NCBI RefSeq assembly: GCF_006345805.1
Contig: NC_043012.1
Span: 10,912,001 to 10,976,000 of the forward strand
Source of the DNA: Octopus sinensis
Lineage: Eukaryota
Direction: 5' to 3'
Length of the DNA: 64,000 nucleotides
Part shown: piece after piece, positions 50,227 through 63,770 of the stretch
Position numbering within the stretch: the stretch's first letter is position 1
Layout: each line of letters starts with the position of its first letter
The notes under the pieces: model-generated
What the model saw: only the letters and a program-made list of their open reading frames with translations
What the model was told of the DNA's origin: nothing
The model's database searches: none
Made by a program: the position numbers and the translations under genes

Positions 50227-50457
50227 TATTTCTTTACTACCCACAAGGGGTTAAACACATAGGGGACAAACAAGGACAGACAAAGGGATTAAGTCGATTA
50301 CATCGACCCCAGTGCGTAACTGGTACTTAATTTATTGACCCCGAAAAGATGAAAGGCAAAGTCGACCTCGGCGGAATTTGAACTCAAAACGTAACGGCAG
50401 ACGAAATACCACTAAGCATTTCGCCCGACGTGCTAACGTTTCTGCCAGCACGCCGCC
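50227..50457 (-). mobile_element. SINE family B, full length with L1-like tail
   Basis: Near-identical to 27131-27356. Confidence 0.92.
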
Positions 50458-51412
50458 CTCTAAAAGGACAGTATTGTCACATTTGGGGTGTTGGGGTGTC
50501 TATAAACAGTTTTTTTTTTTTTCGATCACAATTGACGCTGGACAAAACCATCACAATAACAGCAACTGCAGCAGCACATCTGCTTCAGTTACAGCAGCAC
50601 CAATCTCAACAACAGCAGCAACAACCATCGACTTTGTCCGTTCGTCCGCTTGCTTGCTTGTTTGATTGTTAAAAACTACTGAAGCTCGGAAAGCCAAAAT
50701 GTTTATCAATGATATAATTAACAAAATGTTTATATAATTAGTGATAATAATAAATGCTCAGTTTCCTTATTTTTTTGGCATAGGAAGTTTCCTTTTCATA
50801 CTTTTATATTTTGTTATATTTTAAGGGTTTTAGCTTCGTAGGTTGTAAGGGGGAAATGAAACCGTTTACACGAAAATCGAAATGCACAAGTAACAAAGAA
50901 ATATATTCACAGATTCAGGAAAATAGCAACACGATTTATTTCGGATATTGTTGGCTATAAAATATAGTAATTGAGAACGTATTGAAGCATGGACAATATG
51001 TGTGAATGAGCGTGTAAGTGAGTGTGCGTAAATAATATCTACGTATGATGAGTGTGTGTGTGTAAAAATATATATACTCACACAAACATGCACATATATA
51101 GCAATGCTTGAATGCATTTTGTATTACTAGATTTTATAGCCAATAATGTGCGTTTGTAGGTGCGTATGAGTGTGTGTGTGTGTGTCTACATGTGTGCGTT
51201 AATAATCCGTTTCTTACGATTGGACTCGAAGTAGGTAAAGCTACAAATGATAACGTGTAAATAATGGGTTAGCTTTTTGAGCTATTATTTACGGCTTTAT
51301 CTGCTGTCTGGAAAACGAATTATTTCACGTTCTCTCGAAGTTTCTAAATTTTCATGATAAAAACGACGCGTACGCACGCCCGTACGTACGTACACATGCA
51401 CGCGCGCGCGCA

Positions 51413-51633
51413 TACTCTTTTACTTGTTTCACTCATTTGACAATGGCCATGCTGGAGCACCGCTTTTAGTCGAGCAAATCGACCCCAGGACTTATTCTTT
51501 GTAAGCCTAGTACTTATTCTATCGGTCACTTTTGCCGAACCGCTCAGTTACGGGACGTAAGCACACCAGCATCGGTGTCAAGCGATTGTTGGGGGGACAA
51601 ACACAGACACACAACCATACCACACACACGCAG

Positions 51634-51697
<64 letters not shown>

Positions 51698-51845
51698 GGA
51701 CAGGCTTCTTTCAGTTTCCGTCTACCAAATCGGCCCGAGGCTATAGTAGAAGACAACTTGCGCAAGGTGCCACGCAGTGGGACTGAACCCGGAACCATGT
51801 GGCTGGTAAGCAAGCTACTTACCACACAGCCACTCCTACGCCTAC
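51413..51845 (-). mobile_element. SINE family A
   Basis: Reverse-complement match. Confidence 0.9.
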
Positions 51846-52057
51846 ATTTAGCATATTGATGAAAGTCAGTGCTGCTTTGTTCGCGTCTCAGTTTCCATTC
51901 CACTGCAACCTTCACGCGGTAGTACAAGCCTGAAGACCGCAGTGCCACGAAACTCTTTTCTTTACCAAGGACATTGACTCATTTATACTATGTTTCTCGT
52001 TTTATTTGGCTTTTTTTTTTCATTCTGTCCATAAATGTGTTTGTAAACACATAGACA

Positions 52058-52157
52058 NNNNNNNNNNNNNNNNNNNNNNNNNNNNNNNNNNNNNNNNNNN
52101 NNNNNNNNNNNNNNNNNNNNNNNNNNNNNNNNNNNNNNNNNNNNNNNNNNNNNNNNN
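52058..52157. other. Assembly gap (100 N)
   Basis: Direct reading. Confidence 1.
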
Positions 52158-52509
52158 CAGAACTGTCCATGGTAGAACAATGGTTTTTCTCTGACAGGCA
52201 GTTTTACATTTCCAGATGCCTTTAGCTAGGCCGAAATAATGTCTTCACCACTTGACCCTTCTCACCTCTCTACTTCACCAAAAGCTAGAATAGAGATAAC
52301 AAGACCACTAAATCTATTGTTTTCAACGATATATCTATCCTTCTGGATAGTTATATAAACAATCACACCCCAAGCAAAAATCGGTTCGTCACAGTCGGTG
52401 ACGACTCAACTAGGTCTGGCTGACCGACCTTGTTCAGAGGGAGAAAGCAACTGTGAGACAACACCCTACAATTCTCTCTAGCTCTAATTCTGTTCTCTTA
52501 CAACACCAT

Positions 52510-52551
<42 letters not shown>

Positions 52552-52710
52552 TACTACTAAACAATGAAGAGGATACAAACACAAACTTTACTTCGCATGC
52601 TTTTGGATTTATCACAACCTGCCCGTCGAGGCTTGGTATTGTAACGTAACGGAAAATAAATACTTTCTGAAAACATCAGGCATTGTTCATCTTACACATC
52701 CTACAGTATG
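52158..52710 (+). mobile_element. Possible solo-LTR-like segment
   Basis: TATA-like gttatataaa, (CT)n, aataaa, ends ...catcctaca; 5' end hidden by the gap. Confidence 0.25.
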
Positions 52711-52874
52711 CAACAATAACAACCAATTATTATCGTCATACCAGCTGACTCCGATACATTCATATTGTCAACGAATCAATCATTTCCGTTACACAATCAA
52801 TTTAAAATAAATTGATTGTGATTCAAATCATGATGTTTGAGGATGTGAATGAACAATATTATTACACATGTCAC

Positions 52875-53294
52875 TTACTCTTTACTCTTTTACTCTTTTA
52901 CATGTTTCAGTCATTTGACTGCGGCCATGCTGGAGCACCGCCTTTAGTCGAGCAACTCGACCCCGGGACTTATTCTTTGTAAGCCCAGTACTTATTCTAT
53001 CGGTCTCTTTTTGCCGAACCGCTAAGTGACGGGGACGTAAACACACCAGCATCGGTTGTCAAGCAATGCTAGGGGGACAAACACAGACACACAAACACAT
53101 ACATACATATAAATATATATACATATATACGACAGGATTCTTTCAGTGTCCGTCTACCAAATCCACTCACAAGGCATTGGTCGGCCCGGGGCTATAGCAG
53201 AAGACACTTGCCCAAGATGCCACGCAGTGGGACTGAACCCGGAACCATGTGGTTGGTTAGCAAGCTACTTACCACACAGCCACTCCTGCGCCTA
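52875..53294 (-). mobile_element. SINE family A, full length
   Basis: Reverse-complement match including (TACTCTTT)n tail. Confidence 0.93.
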
Positions 53295-54554
53295 TTGCAT
53301 AACTCTGTAAGTGATATGCAATAATCTTAAGGAAACATTCATAACATCGATTTCACTTCCCTTTCCCTCAATTAATTAATCATTATTCACTCTGTATGGT
53401 CATAACATGTCTACTGGACGATAACCTTCGATTCGCGAAATGCTCTTTTTATCATTAAATGGAACATAACTAATCTTCCTTCGGTTATTGGAATACTAGC
53501 GTAGTATTCCAATAGGAGCCAGATTTCTACATGAACTACGGATGAGGCGATTCCCTGGATTATTCTTATTCCCACAGAGGCACACACGTACACGCTCACA
53601 TATACACACACACACGTACACGCTCACATATACACACACACACTCGCGCACATATCTAGCACCTCTCTACCCACGCAGTGTGTGTGACTTTATAATCTAC
53701 ATCTTGTTTTCGTTCTTGTTTTTAGAGCCTGTTTAGCAGTGACAAGTCACATACAGCCTAACAGCCAAACATCTTGCGAATCAGTCGGAGTTTGAGAGCT
53801 ACAAGGAAAGAGGGCTCTCGAGTCCCAGGTTCGAACTCGTTTTAGCTGAGTCGGCTGGACCAACGACAAATGAAGTGACTTGCTCAAGGATACAACACGC
53901 ACCCCAGTCCTGGAACTGAATTCACGATATTACAAGTATGTATGTGTATGTCGAAGTATCTGTGTGTGAAAGACATGGTTTACGGCTGGAAGCAGATACA
54001 CGGCCGACAATTCCTTATAATCCCTTACTTGATCAGGATTGACCTAGGGTTATAATAACAACAGCGAATATTGAAATTAATTCCATGATATCCATTGCGA
54101 GAGGTGAACGTCAAGGAGAATGAGAGAAAAAAAAAGAAGTTCCTGATTTTACGATTTAGTTTCGATTCCAAGCAAATATACAGTACAAGAGCCTTCTAGA
54201 CACTGTCTACCATGGAGTATATCATCTAATGTGTCATTGCACTTTTATGAATATTGTACGAATGTTTGTTATATTCTTGTTAGTTCATTGGTGGATGGAC
54301 ATCCAATATATTATCAACGCTTAAATCGCCCCCCGAAGGAATACTTTTTAAACCATCAAAACAACGATGTAGCATCAAAAGTTCCATCGAGACTAAAATG
54401 GCTTTAATATTACCATCTTCTCGTCTGACCAACATCATCACTGCTTCAGGGATTCTATGTATGTATGTATGTATGTATGTATGTATGTATGTAGGTACGT
54501 ACGTATGTATGTATGTATTATGTATGTATGTATGTATGTATGTATGTATGTATG

Positions 54555-54586
<32 letters not shown>

Positions 54587-54735
54587 TGTATGTATGTATG
54601 TATGTATGTATGTATGTGTGTATGTGTGTATGTACGTATGTATGTGTGTATGTATATGTATGAATGTATGTATGTAAGTATGAATGTATGTATGCATGCA
54701 TTGTGTCTGCATGTATATATATATATATGTGTACG

Positions 54736-54766
<31 letters not shown>

Positions 54767-54975
54767 ACGTATGAATGTATGTATATATGTATGTACGTAT
54801 GCATTCATGTATGCATGCATGCATGCATTCATTTATGCATGTATGTAAATATGCATGCATGTCTGAATGTATGCATGTTACATATATGTATGTATGCATG
54901 TATGTATGCATGTATGCATGTCTTTATGTATGTATGTATGCATGCATATGCACGTATGTATGTAATATGTATGTA

Positions 54976-55015
<40 letters not shown>

Positions 55016-55819
55016 CATAGATATACATATATATATATATATTATATATATATATACATAGATATATACATATATATATATATGTGTGTATGTCTCTGTG
55101 TGTGCACCTATACACATATATATACGTGTATGTATGCATGAATTTATGTATGTATGTATGTATGTATGTATGTATGTATGTATGTATGTATGTATCTATG
55201 CATGAATTTATGTATGTGTGTATGTATGTATGTATGTATGTATGTATGTATGTTTGTATGTATGTATGTATGTATCTATGCATGCATTTATGTATGTATG
55301 TATGTATGTATGTATGTATGTATGTATAAAATGGGGGAAATTGATTAGCAGAACCATTAAAACATCAGACAAAACGTCTGGAGTATTTAAGTACATTCTT
55401 TCGCGTTCCGAGTTCAAATCGCGCCAAGCTCAACTCCGCCTTTCATATTTCCGAGGTTGATAAAACAATTTTCCATTCAAGTAGAGAGATCGATACAATA
55501 TTCCAGTAAAACATCTGAATGGATCTGAATGGATTTCCAATACCAGGTGGGGGGGGGGTTGAGGTCGATGAAATAAATAGCAGCGAAGAGGAGTGGCTTG
55601 CGCTGTAAAAGCTAGAATTCTGTTGCTGTGTGTCTGCATTGAAACAATTAAAACTGAAACAAAAGGAAAATAACAACCACCAAAGATCGAGAGAAAAGAT
55701 GAGGAAAAAAAGAAGCAAATAGAAGCTGAAACACAAAACTGATCTCACGTCATGTGATGAAACTCAGCTGGGGATAGGTAAAAGAATATTGTATAACGGG
55801 TTGTAGTATTTGTTAGGGT

Positions 55820-56360
55820 AGCGGTCGTGGTGAGGGGGATGGCGGTGGTGTTGGTCTTTGATGGCGGCCACGGTGGTAGCGGCGGCGGCGGCGGCGGCGG
55901 CAGAATCAGCGGCAATGGCTGCAGAGGTGGAAGTGGCGGCAGTAGCTGTAACAGCGGCAGCAGCGGCGACAGCAGCGGTGGCGGCAGTAGCAACTGCGGC
56001 AGCAGCAGCGGCGGTAGCAGTAGAGGCGGCAGCAGCAGTGGAGGCAGCAGCAGCAGCGGTGGCAGCAGCAGCGGCAGCAGTGACTATAGCTTGGAAGCGA
56101 TGGAAGCGGCAGAGGCGGAGACAGCGGCGCGAACAACAGCAGCGGCACCGGCAGTAGCGCCGGCGGCGGTAGCGGCGCGGCGGCGGCAGCGGCGGCGGCG
56201 GCGGCGGCAGCGGTAGCGGCGGCGGCGGCAGCGGTAGCGGCGGCGGCGGCGGCAGCGGCGGCGGCGGCGGCAGTGGCAGCGGCGGTGGTGGTGGCAGCAG
56301 CGGTGGCGGTGGCAGCGACAGGAACGACTACAGCGGCGGCAGCGGCGCCGCCAGAGGCCG
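55820..56360. repeat. GC-rich (GGC)/(GCA)/(GTA) trinucleotide low-complexity tract
   Basis: Direct reading. Confidence 0.9.
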
Positions 56361-57185
56361 CTGTATTTCAATCACAAGGCGAAGTAGCGGCACACTTGTG
56401 TATTCTCCGACTCCGAGGCAAAGAATGGCAATGGAGCAGGAGAAACGCTAACGATCCCCGAACGAAACTTACAGCAACCAACAACAGCAACAACAATAAT
56501 AATCGATTCACAGTACCTGCCTGGTACTAATTATATCTATCCTGGAAGGATGAAAGGTGGGGCCAATCCAATTGTAATTTGAACTCAGATCGTACAGATA
56601 TGTCAGTTATTCTCTGGCGCATAAGACTCGCTTCCACGTGAGACGTATCTCTAATTCGCAATGATATTTTGTAAGAAAATAAACAATTATAACATGTTTC
56701 CTCAAAGATTTAATGAAAGTAATTTTGATGTGAAAACAATGATTTTATGCATGTAGATCCAATGGAATCGAGTATGAAATCACAAGCAGTGGAATCATAA
56801 AAGAAAATAATTTTAATTTGCTCGAACTGAAGAGAGACGCCATACATTGTTATCGGCAAATACTGTTACGCGATGACAACGCAAATATATCCGTTAAAAA
56901 CAAAAAAAGTGGGGGGGATAAAACAAACAGCGAACTACAATAAACTGGAATGAAGTCCTATAGAAACATTGTTTGCAGACAAAGTAAATATTTCATTGAT
57001 ATAAGTAGACAGCAATCAACCAAAATACATTCTAACCGAAACTGGTATTTCAGTGAATTGCTACAGGCTGCATAGTACGCAAACAAAAGTATCATTTCGT
57101 TCATTCCTAATTTACCGTCGGCCATTATTTAGGTCTTCGACAAATTTGCTATTTGTGCTAATAAATTGATAACTGGGTTAATTCT

Positions 57186-57618
57186 GGGATCTTTTCGGTT
57201 TGAACGGCAGTTTTTTCCAGCGATGTCATATGAAATTGTCACCCATAATTATGACCCTAGTATCGATCTATTGTATTTCAATCTGTTTTAGGGTTAGGGT
57301 TAGTTAGGGTTAGTTAGGGGTGAGGGGAAGGGTATCTTTTTTTCTTCAGAAATGTAAATAAACCCAATCTGTTTCTTAAACGAGGGACATTTTCATACGG
57401 CACAGAATGCTCTCACCTCAATAGACGTCATTGATTGGTTGAAATCGCAGAAATTGAAGAAAAACAACAACAAATATCTTACAAACTATAGAATTTTCTC
57501 AATAAAGCCAAGAGAAAAAGATGTTTTATAAACACATTCTACCAGTATACGAAGTTTAAAAGTGTTTAGTTACGTGGAAATTATATTAAAAAACTGCCGT
57601 TCAAACCGAAAAGATCCC
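57186..57618. mobile_element. MITE with GGGATCTTTTCGGTTTGAACGGCAGTTTTT TIRs
   Basis: ~30-bp perfect TIRs; right ~200 bp homologous to the arms of 22357-22931; internal TTAGGG-like run. Confidence 0.9.
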
Positions 57619-57994
57619 TGGGTTGGTTTTTTTAATTATATTATCTTTCGGGATATTTTTAGCAGCGCAATTTTTAACTTAGCACTTGAAGGCTTTGCTC
57701 ATCCTAATATTTTCTGTTTGATGTCGAAATGTAGATGTTTGCTCTTCAAATCCCACAGAGAAATGACGGCTTGAATTTATGCAGAGCTGAAATCTGAAAC
57801 ATCAGTGTTAAAACGGATGTCAGGCATGGACGCATTCTAACTCCTGCACTGTTTAATACCTCCTTATCCGTATAGGATACACAGAAGAGTAGAAAGGTAG
57901 GCGGAAGTGATAGTCACTAAAACTTCCGGCAAGAGAAGAATCTATTCAACATCTAAACCACAAATTAAAACCAAATCATCGAACTGCAAAATGC

Positions 57995-58805
57995 TGTAGC
58001 GACTGGGAGAAACCCTAGGCTTCGGCGAAGATCAAATGGCCAACCTGTTCCAAAGACCATTCGGGCCGGGGCCTATGGATAATTACCAAAGGTCCCTGGC
58101 CTGGCAATGTTACAGATGAGCTTTACCGGTTCGAGATAAGCTCTTTAGACATGTGTGTGCACCTTCGCCGGTTTGTGCAAGATGCGAGCAGGACAGTGAA
58201 ACTGTTCTGCAGGCGATTGTGCAATGCCCCAAGGTGACTGAGCTCTGTGCTTATGTTGAACACCTGCTGCCGCATTCGAGAAGAGTACAACTGTCGAGCG
58301 AATCTGTAATTAAGATCGTTCCGCCGACCTCCCCGATTAGGGAGGAGCGAGCCTGTTTTCTCTCGGTAGTTGAAAAAGGTAGTATGGCAGAAGAGAGTGA
58401 AAGGAATTGCAACAGGTATGTTCATCTCCAGTCTCGAGCTAATCGACTTTTTCGTTTTCCACATGAAACGGAAAATAAAGCTGGAGAACGAATGCCTGTC
58501 GCAAAGTGTGTTTCTTAAAAGATGGAAGTCAATAGCAAGTATGTTGCGAGGGAAAGAGCCTGTTTAAACGAGAATATGAAAAAAGGAGAAAAGAAAGTCT
58601 TCAGTGTGAGTATGTGGTTTGTGGGGTCGACCACGTCCTCCGCTTCATTTTTTGTTATTCACTCATTCTCATTTAATTGTATATATTTTAATTGTTTGTT
58701 TATTCATACGTTTCGTCTCATTCGATACCCTGACCCCAATGTTTGTTTTGTCTGTCCTCGTATCGTCCCCTCTTTTTCTCAACCTCATGGTTAATAAAGA
58801 AATTG
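57995..58805 (+). mobile_element. L1/Tx1-like LINE ORF2 C-terminus and 3' UTR
   Basis: LPVRDKL, CARCEQDSETVLQAIVQCP (CCHC-like knuckle), MKRKIKLENECL...FLKRW; ends ggttaataaagaaatt. Confidence 0.8.
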
Positions 58806-59340
58806 ACTGTGTTGTAGTTGTTCATACGCTATCAGTATCTCGGTAGTTATTAAAGCTTGCGCGTGGCTGTGTGATAAGAAGCTTGCTTCCCAACTACATG
58901 GTTCCGGGTTCAGTCCTACTGCATGGCAACTTGGGCAAATGTCTTCTATTAAGCCTCGGGCCGACCAAAACCTTGTGAGTGGATTTGTCAGACAGAAACT
59001 GAAAGAAGTCCGTTGGGCCGTTTGCTTTTAGTGGCTGCCTACTTGTGACCATAACTCTAGTTGATCTCTGTTCACTAACTGATGGTCGCTCTCACTAACT
59101 GATTTTGCCTTACCAAATTCTAGTTTTTTATAACCATTCAAAACCAGTCAGAAAGATTGACATATTGTTCAGGACAACAGATTTCGTTGGGGGCCTATTA
59201 TCTTTATTACAGCTTTTGGTGGCCTAGGCGTAAAAACGTAAGTCGATTTGTTCAACTAAAACCCTTCAAAACAGTGCTACAGCATGGCCACAGTCAAATG
59301 ACTGAAACAAGTAAAAGAATAGATAGATAGATAGATAGAT

Positions 59341-59410
<70 letters not shown>

Positions 59411-59794
59411 TGATTAATTGATTGATTAATTGATTGATTAATTGATTGATTAATTGAGTGAGTGAGTGATTGATTGATATAATCAATGAGATAGACGGAA
59501 GATGGAAGATACGAGAACCTTTATTGATCACTACAATCATGTCGACCCATCAAGCATCGATCCTTCGCGGGTGGGATACTGCATAATTCGTACCCTTCCA
59601 CCCTCCGTCCTCTTCACTAATTACATACCCAACGAACGCTAAGCCAGTAGACGTGTTTTACCACCAGGTGGACACCATGCGATTTATTCACACTCCTTTG
59701 TATAATTTCACGCGAAACTGATTGGTGAGACCAGCCGTGATGGATAATTAACACTATAAAATTCAGACAATGTATGCACACACACTCACATATA

Positions 59795-59826
<32 letters not shown>

Positions 59827-59829
<3 letters not shown>

Positions 59830-59892
59830 ATGTCATCAGCGAAACGGTGGTAGGTGGGTAGCTCGCCATTGATTTTGACACCACCTTGCCAG
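59827..59892 (-). mobile_element. Inverted RT catalytic fragment (GVKINGE...RFADDI)
   Basis: Minus-strand WQGGVKINGELPTYHRFADDI. Confidence 0.75.
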
Positions 59893-60032
59893 TAATGTAT
59901 GTATGTATGTATGCATATATGTATGTATGTATGTATGTATGCGTGTATGTATGTATGTAGTATGTATGTATGTATGTATGTATGTATGTATGCATGCGTG
60001 TATGTATGTATGGATGCATGTATGTATGTATG

Positions 60033-60066
<34 letters not shown>

Positions 60067-60225
60067 TGTATGTATGCATGCATGCGTGTATGTATGTATG
60101 CATGTATGTATGTATGTATGTATGCATATATGTATGCATGCATATATGTATGTATGTATGTATGTATATATGCATGCGTGTATGTATGTATGCATGCGTG
60201 TATGTATGCATATATGTATGCATGC

Positions 60226-60258
<33 letters not shown>

Positions 60259-60454
60259 TGTATGTATGCATGCGTGTATGTATGTATGTATGCATGCGTG
60301 TATGTATGTATGTATGTACGTATGCATGTATGTATGTATGTATGTATGTATGTATGTATGTATGTATGCATGCGTGTATGTATGTATGTATGCATGCATG
60401 CATGTATGTATGTATGTATGTATGTATGTATGTATGTATGTATGTATGTATGTA

Positions 60455-60493
<39 letters not shown>

Positions 60494-60494
<1 letters not shown>

Positions 60495-61584
60495 ATCAAA
60501 AGCTCTGCAGTAGGTCTCAACATAAATCGCATGAAAACGAAATTTATGCGGTCCGACAACGTACTAACAGGTCGAATGGTGGTCGGCAATGATGAAATAG
60601 AGGAGATAAAGGAATATGTTTATCTAGGACAGGAAGTGAACATGTGCCGAGACATTGAAAAGGAGATCTCGCGGGAGAATAAGGGCCGGATGGAAGGCGT
60701 TTAATAGCATAAAGGATGTGCTCAAGGGAAGGTTGGACAGGACCACCCGCGCCATAGCACAGTTCTACCTGCAATGTTATATGGTTGTTAAAAACATGGG
60801 CTACCACAAAGAGAGAAGAGCAGAGATTGGTAACGGCTCGAGGATCCATGGAGAGGTCAATGCTTGCAATCTCGTTGAGAGAGCACATCAGTAGCGAGGC
60901 GTGGAGGCGCAATGGCCCAGTGGTTAGGGCAGCGGACTCGCGGTTTCGATTCCCAGACCGGGCGTTGTGAGTGTTTATTGAGCGAAAACACCTAAAGCTC
61001 CACGAGGCTCCGGCAGGGGATGGTGGTGATCCCTGCTGTACTCTTTCACCACAACTTTCTCTCACTCTTACTTCCTGTTTCTGTTGTACCTGTATTTCAA
61101 AGGGCCAGCCTTGTCACTCTCTGTGTCACACTGAATATCCCCGGGAACTACGTTAAGGGTACACGTGTCTGTGGAGTGCTCAGCCACTTACACGTTAATT
61201 TCACCAGCAGGCAGTTCCGTTGATTCGGATCAACCGGAACCCTCGTCGTCGTAACCGACGGAGTGCTTCCACCAGCGAGGTCATCCGACAAAAGTCCGGC
61301 GTGAGGGATGTCATCGTGGAATATACACGCAGCAAGTTTAGATGGGCTGGGCACGTCGCCCGGCTCACCGATAATCGGTGACCCCGCGCAGTCGTCGAGT
61401 GGTACCCGCGCCAAAGGAAACGACCACTCGGAAGGCCTCCATGACGGTGGAGTTACGATTTTAGGAGGACGATTGGGACCACGTGGATGAGGAAGGCGCG
61501 ACCCAGAGAGGAGTAGACAGCGTGCTGTGACCAGCGGTGTCAAATGGACGCCTGACGGACTGGTCGGTCAAGGTGATCAAGGTG

Positions 61585-61586
<2 letters not shown>
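60494..61586 (+). mobile_element. RTE-clade LINE 3' part
   Basis: SAVGLNINRMKTKFM...EYVYLGQEV...RIRAGWKAF...; after the SINE: FRWAGHVARL, WYPRQRKRPLGRP; (TCAAGGTGA)2 tail. Confidence 0.9.
60901..61273 (+). mobile_element. SINE family C, full length, nested in RTE
   Basis: TSD agcgagg(c/t) at 60893 and 61274; RTE frame resumes after it. Confidence 0.9.
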
Positions 61587-61646
<60 letters not shown>

Positions 61647-62375
61647 ATGTATGTATGTATGCATGTATGTATGTATGTATGTATGTATGTATGTATGTAT
61701 GTATGTATGTATGCATGCATGCATGTATGTATGTATGTATGTATGTATGTATGTATGTATGTATGCATGCATGCATGCATGTATGTATGTATGTATGTAT
61801 GTATGTATGTATGCATGCATGTATGTATGTATGTATGTATGTATGTATGTATGTATCGCAGGAATAGCTGTGTGGGAAGAGATTTGCTTCACAACCACAT
61901 GGTTCCCGGTTCAGTCCCACTGCATGGAATCTTGGGTAAGTGTCTTCTACTATAGCCTGGGGCTGACCAGTCTTGTAAGTGCATTTAATAGACGGAAACT
62001 GAAAGAAGTCAGTCGTACATATATGTTTTGTAGTATGATGTCTTTGTGCGTGCATGTGTGTGTGTGTGTGGTGTGTGTGTGTGTGTATGTGTGTGTGTGT
62101 GTGTGTGTGTGGTACTTGATTTTGTAACTCTATACTGTAAGCAGAGTCAAACACTTTATTGTAAAGAGCAAGTTGACAAGGACTTCAAATTTAGCCTACA
62201 GAACAAAAATATGTGTATGTGTATACATACATACATAAATACATACATACATAAATACATACATACATAAATACATACATACATACATACATACATACAT
62301 ACATACATGCATGCATACATACATAAATACATACATACATACATACATACATACATAAATACATACATACATAAG

Positions 62376-62409
<34 letters not shown>

Positions 62410-62579
62410 AATACATACATACATAAATACATACATAAATACATACATACATACATAAATACATACATATATACATACATACATACATACATACATACAT
62501 ACACACGCGCTCACACACGCCAACCTATATAGATTTACGTGGGTATAGATTTACGTATATATGTTCATAAGTATAAGTG

Positions 62580-62612
<33 letters not shown>

Positions 62613-62847
62613 CGATGCGTACACACACACACTCACACACACCAGCATATATTCAGTTGTGTGTATATGTGTGTGTGTCGCATATTTGTCATTAGGTCAG
62701 TTATTTCTCTCTAATTACACCATTGCCAGCTGTCATGGCTTTCATACATAATTAACGGCATAATTAGCCTTGTAAAGCAGTTATCATCCCACCCACTTCT
62801 TCCCGCATAACCAGAGCACTCACACATTGTACATACACACACACACA

Positions 62848-62888
<41 letters not shown>

Positions 62889-63409
62889 ACGCACGCACTA
62901 GCACACACACACACACACACACACACAGACAACGCACGCACTAGCACACACACAAACGAACGTGTGCGCACACACGCAGTTCAAGTGGATTGCACTAACG
63001 CTAAACAATTCCTAATAAACGACAGACCTAATTATGTAGAGATCACCCTATAAGGTAACTTCTAATGAATCGCTTAACCTTTGGAAATAGCAGCCAAATA
63101 TCCCTCAAACCAGATCCTAACCTCTTAAAGTTATCTACTAATGAATTAACATGTAGGTGGCTGAATATTCCACAGACCTGTGTAACACTAATATAATAGA
63201 CGGTTACATTCAGTGATATACTCTATCACAAAGCGGCAAATTTAATTTCCAGATAAACCGATCCGCTGGGCTTCCGTACGCTTTCCGTTTATCCAACTTC
63301 ATTCACGCGACTTTCGTCTAGTGTCATGTTAAATGATGCATAACCAAAATACCAGGCACTGGAATCGAACCCGCGGCCTCATGTACACAACATTTGAATA
63401 TTTCATCCT

Positions 63410-63584
63410 TTATCTTTTACTTGTTACAATCATTTACACTGCATCCATGCTGGGGTACCACCTCGAAGAATTTCTAAGTTACGGGGACGTAAACACACCA
63501 GCACCGGTTGTCAAGCGGTGAGGAGAGACAAACACAGACGCAAAGGCACACATACACACACACGCATACACACACACACATGTA

Positions 63585-63628
<44 letters not shown>

Positions 63629-63770
63629 CATACATACATATACAACGCGCTTCTTTCAGTTTCCGTCTTCCAAAAGGCTTTGGTCGGTCCGAGGCTATAA
63701 TAGTAGACACTTACCCAAGGTGCCGCGCAGCAGGACTGAACTCGGGAACTTGTGGTTGGGAAGCAAGCTT
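63410..63770 (-). mobile_element. SINE family A, diverged with deletions
   Basis: Reverse-complement match. Confidence 0.8.

Noticed and set aside
54290-54445. Short unique island with open frames on both strands
   Set aside because: No consistent splice pair or recognisable domain.
55745-56530. Gly/Ala/Ser/Arg-rich ORFs
   Set aside because: Open in most frames because of GGC/GCA repeats; no frame stands out.
57288-57322. TTAGGG telomere-like run
   Set aside because: Short, imperfect and internal to a MITE.
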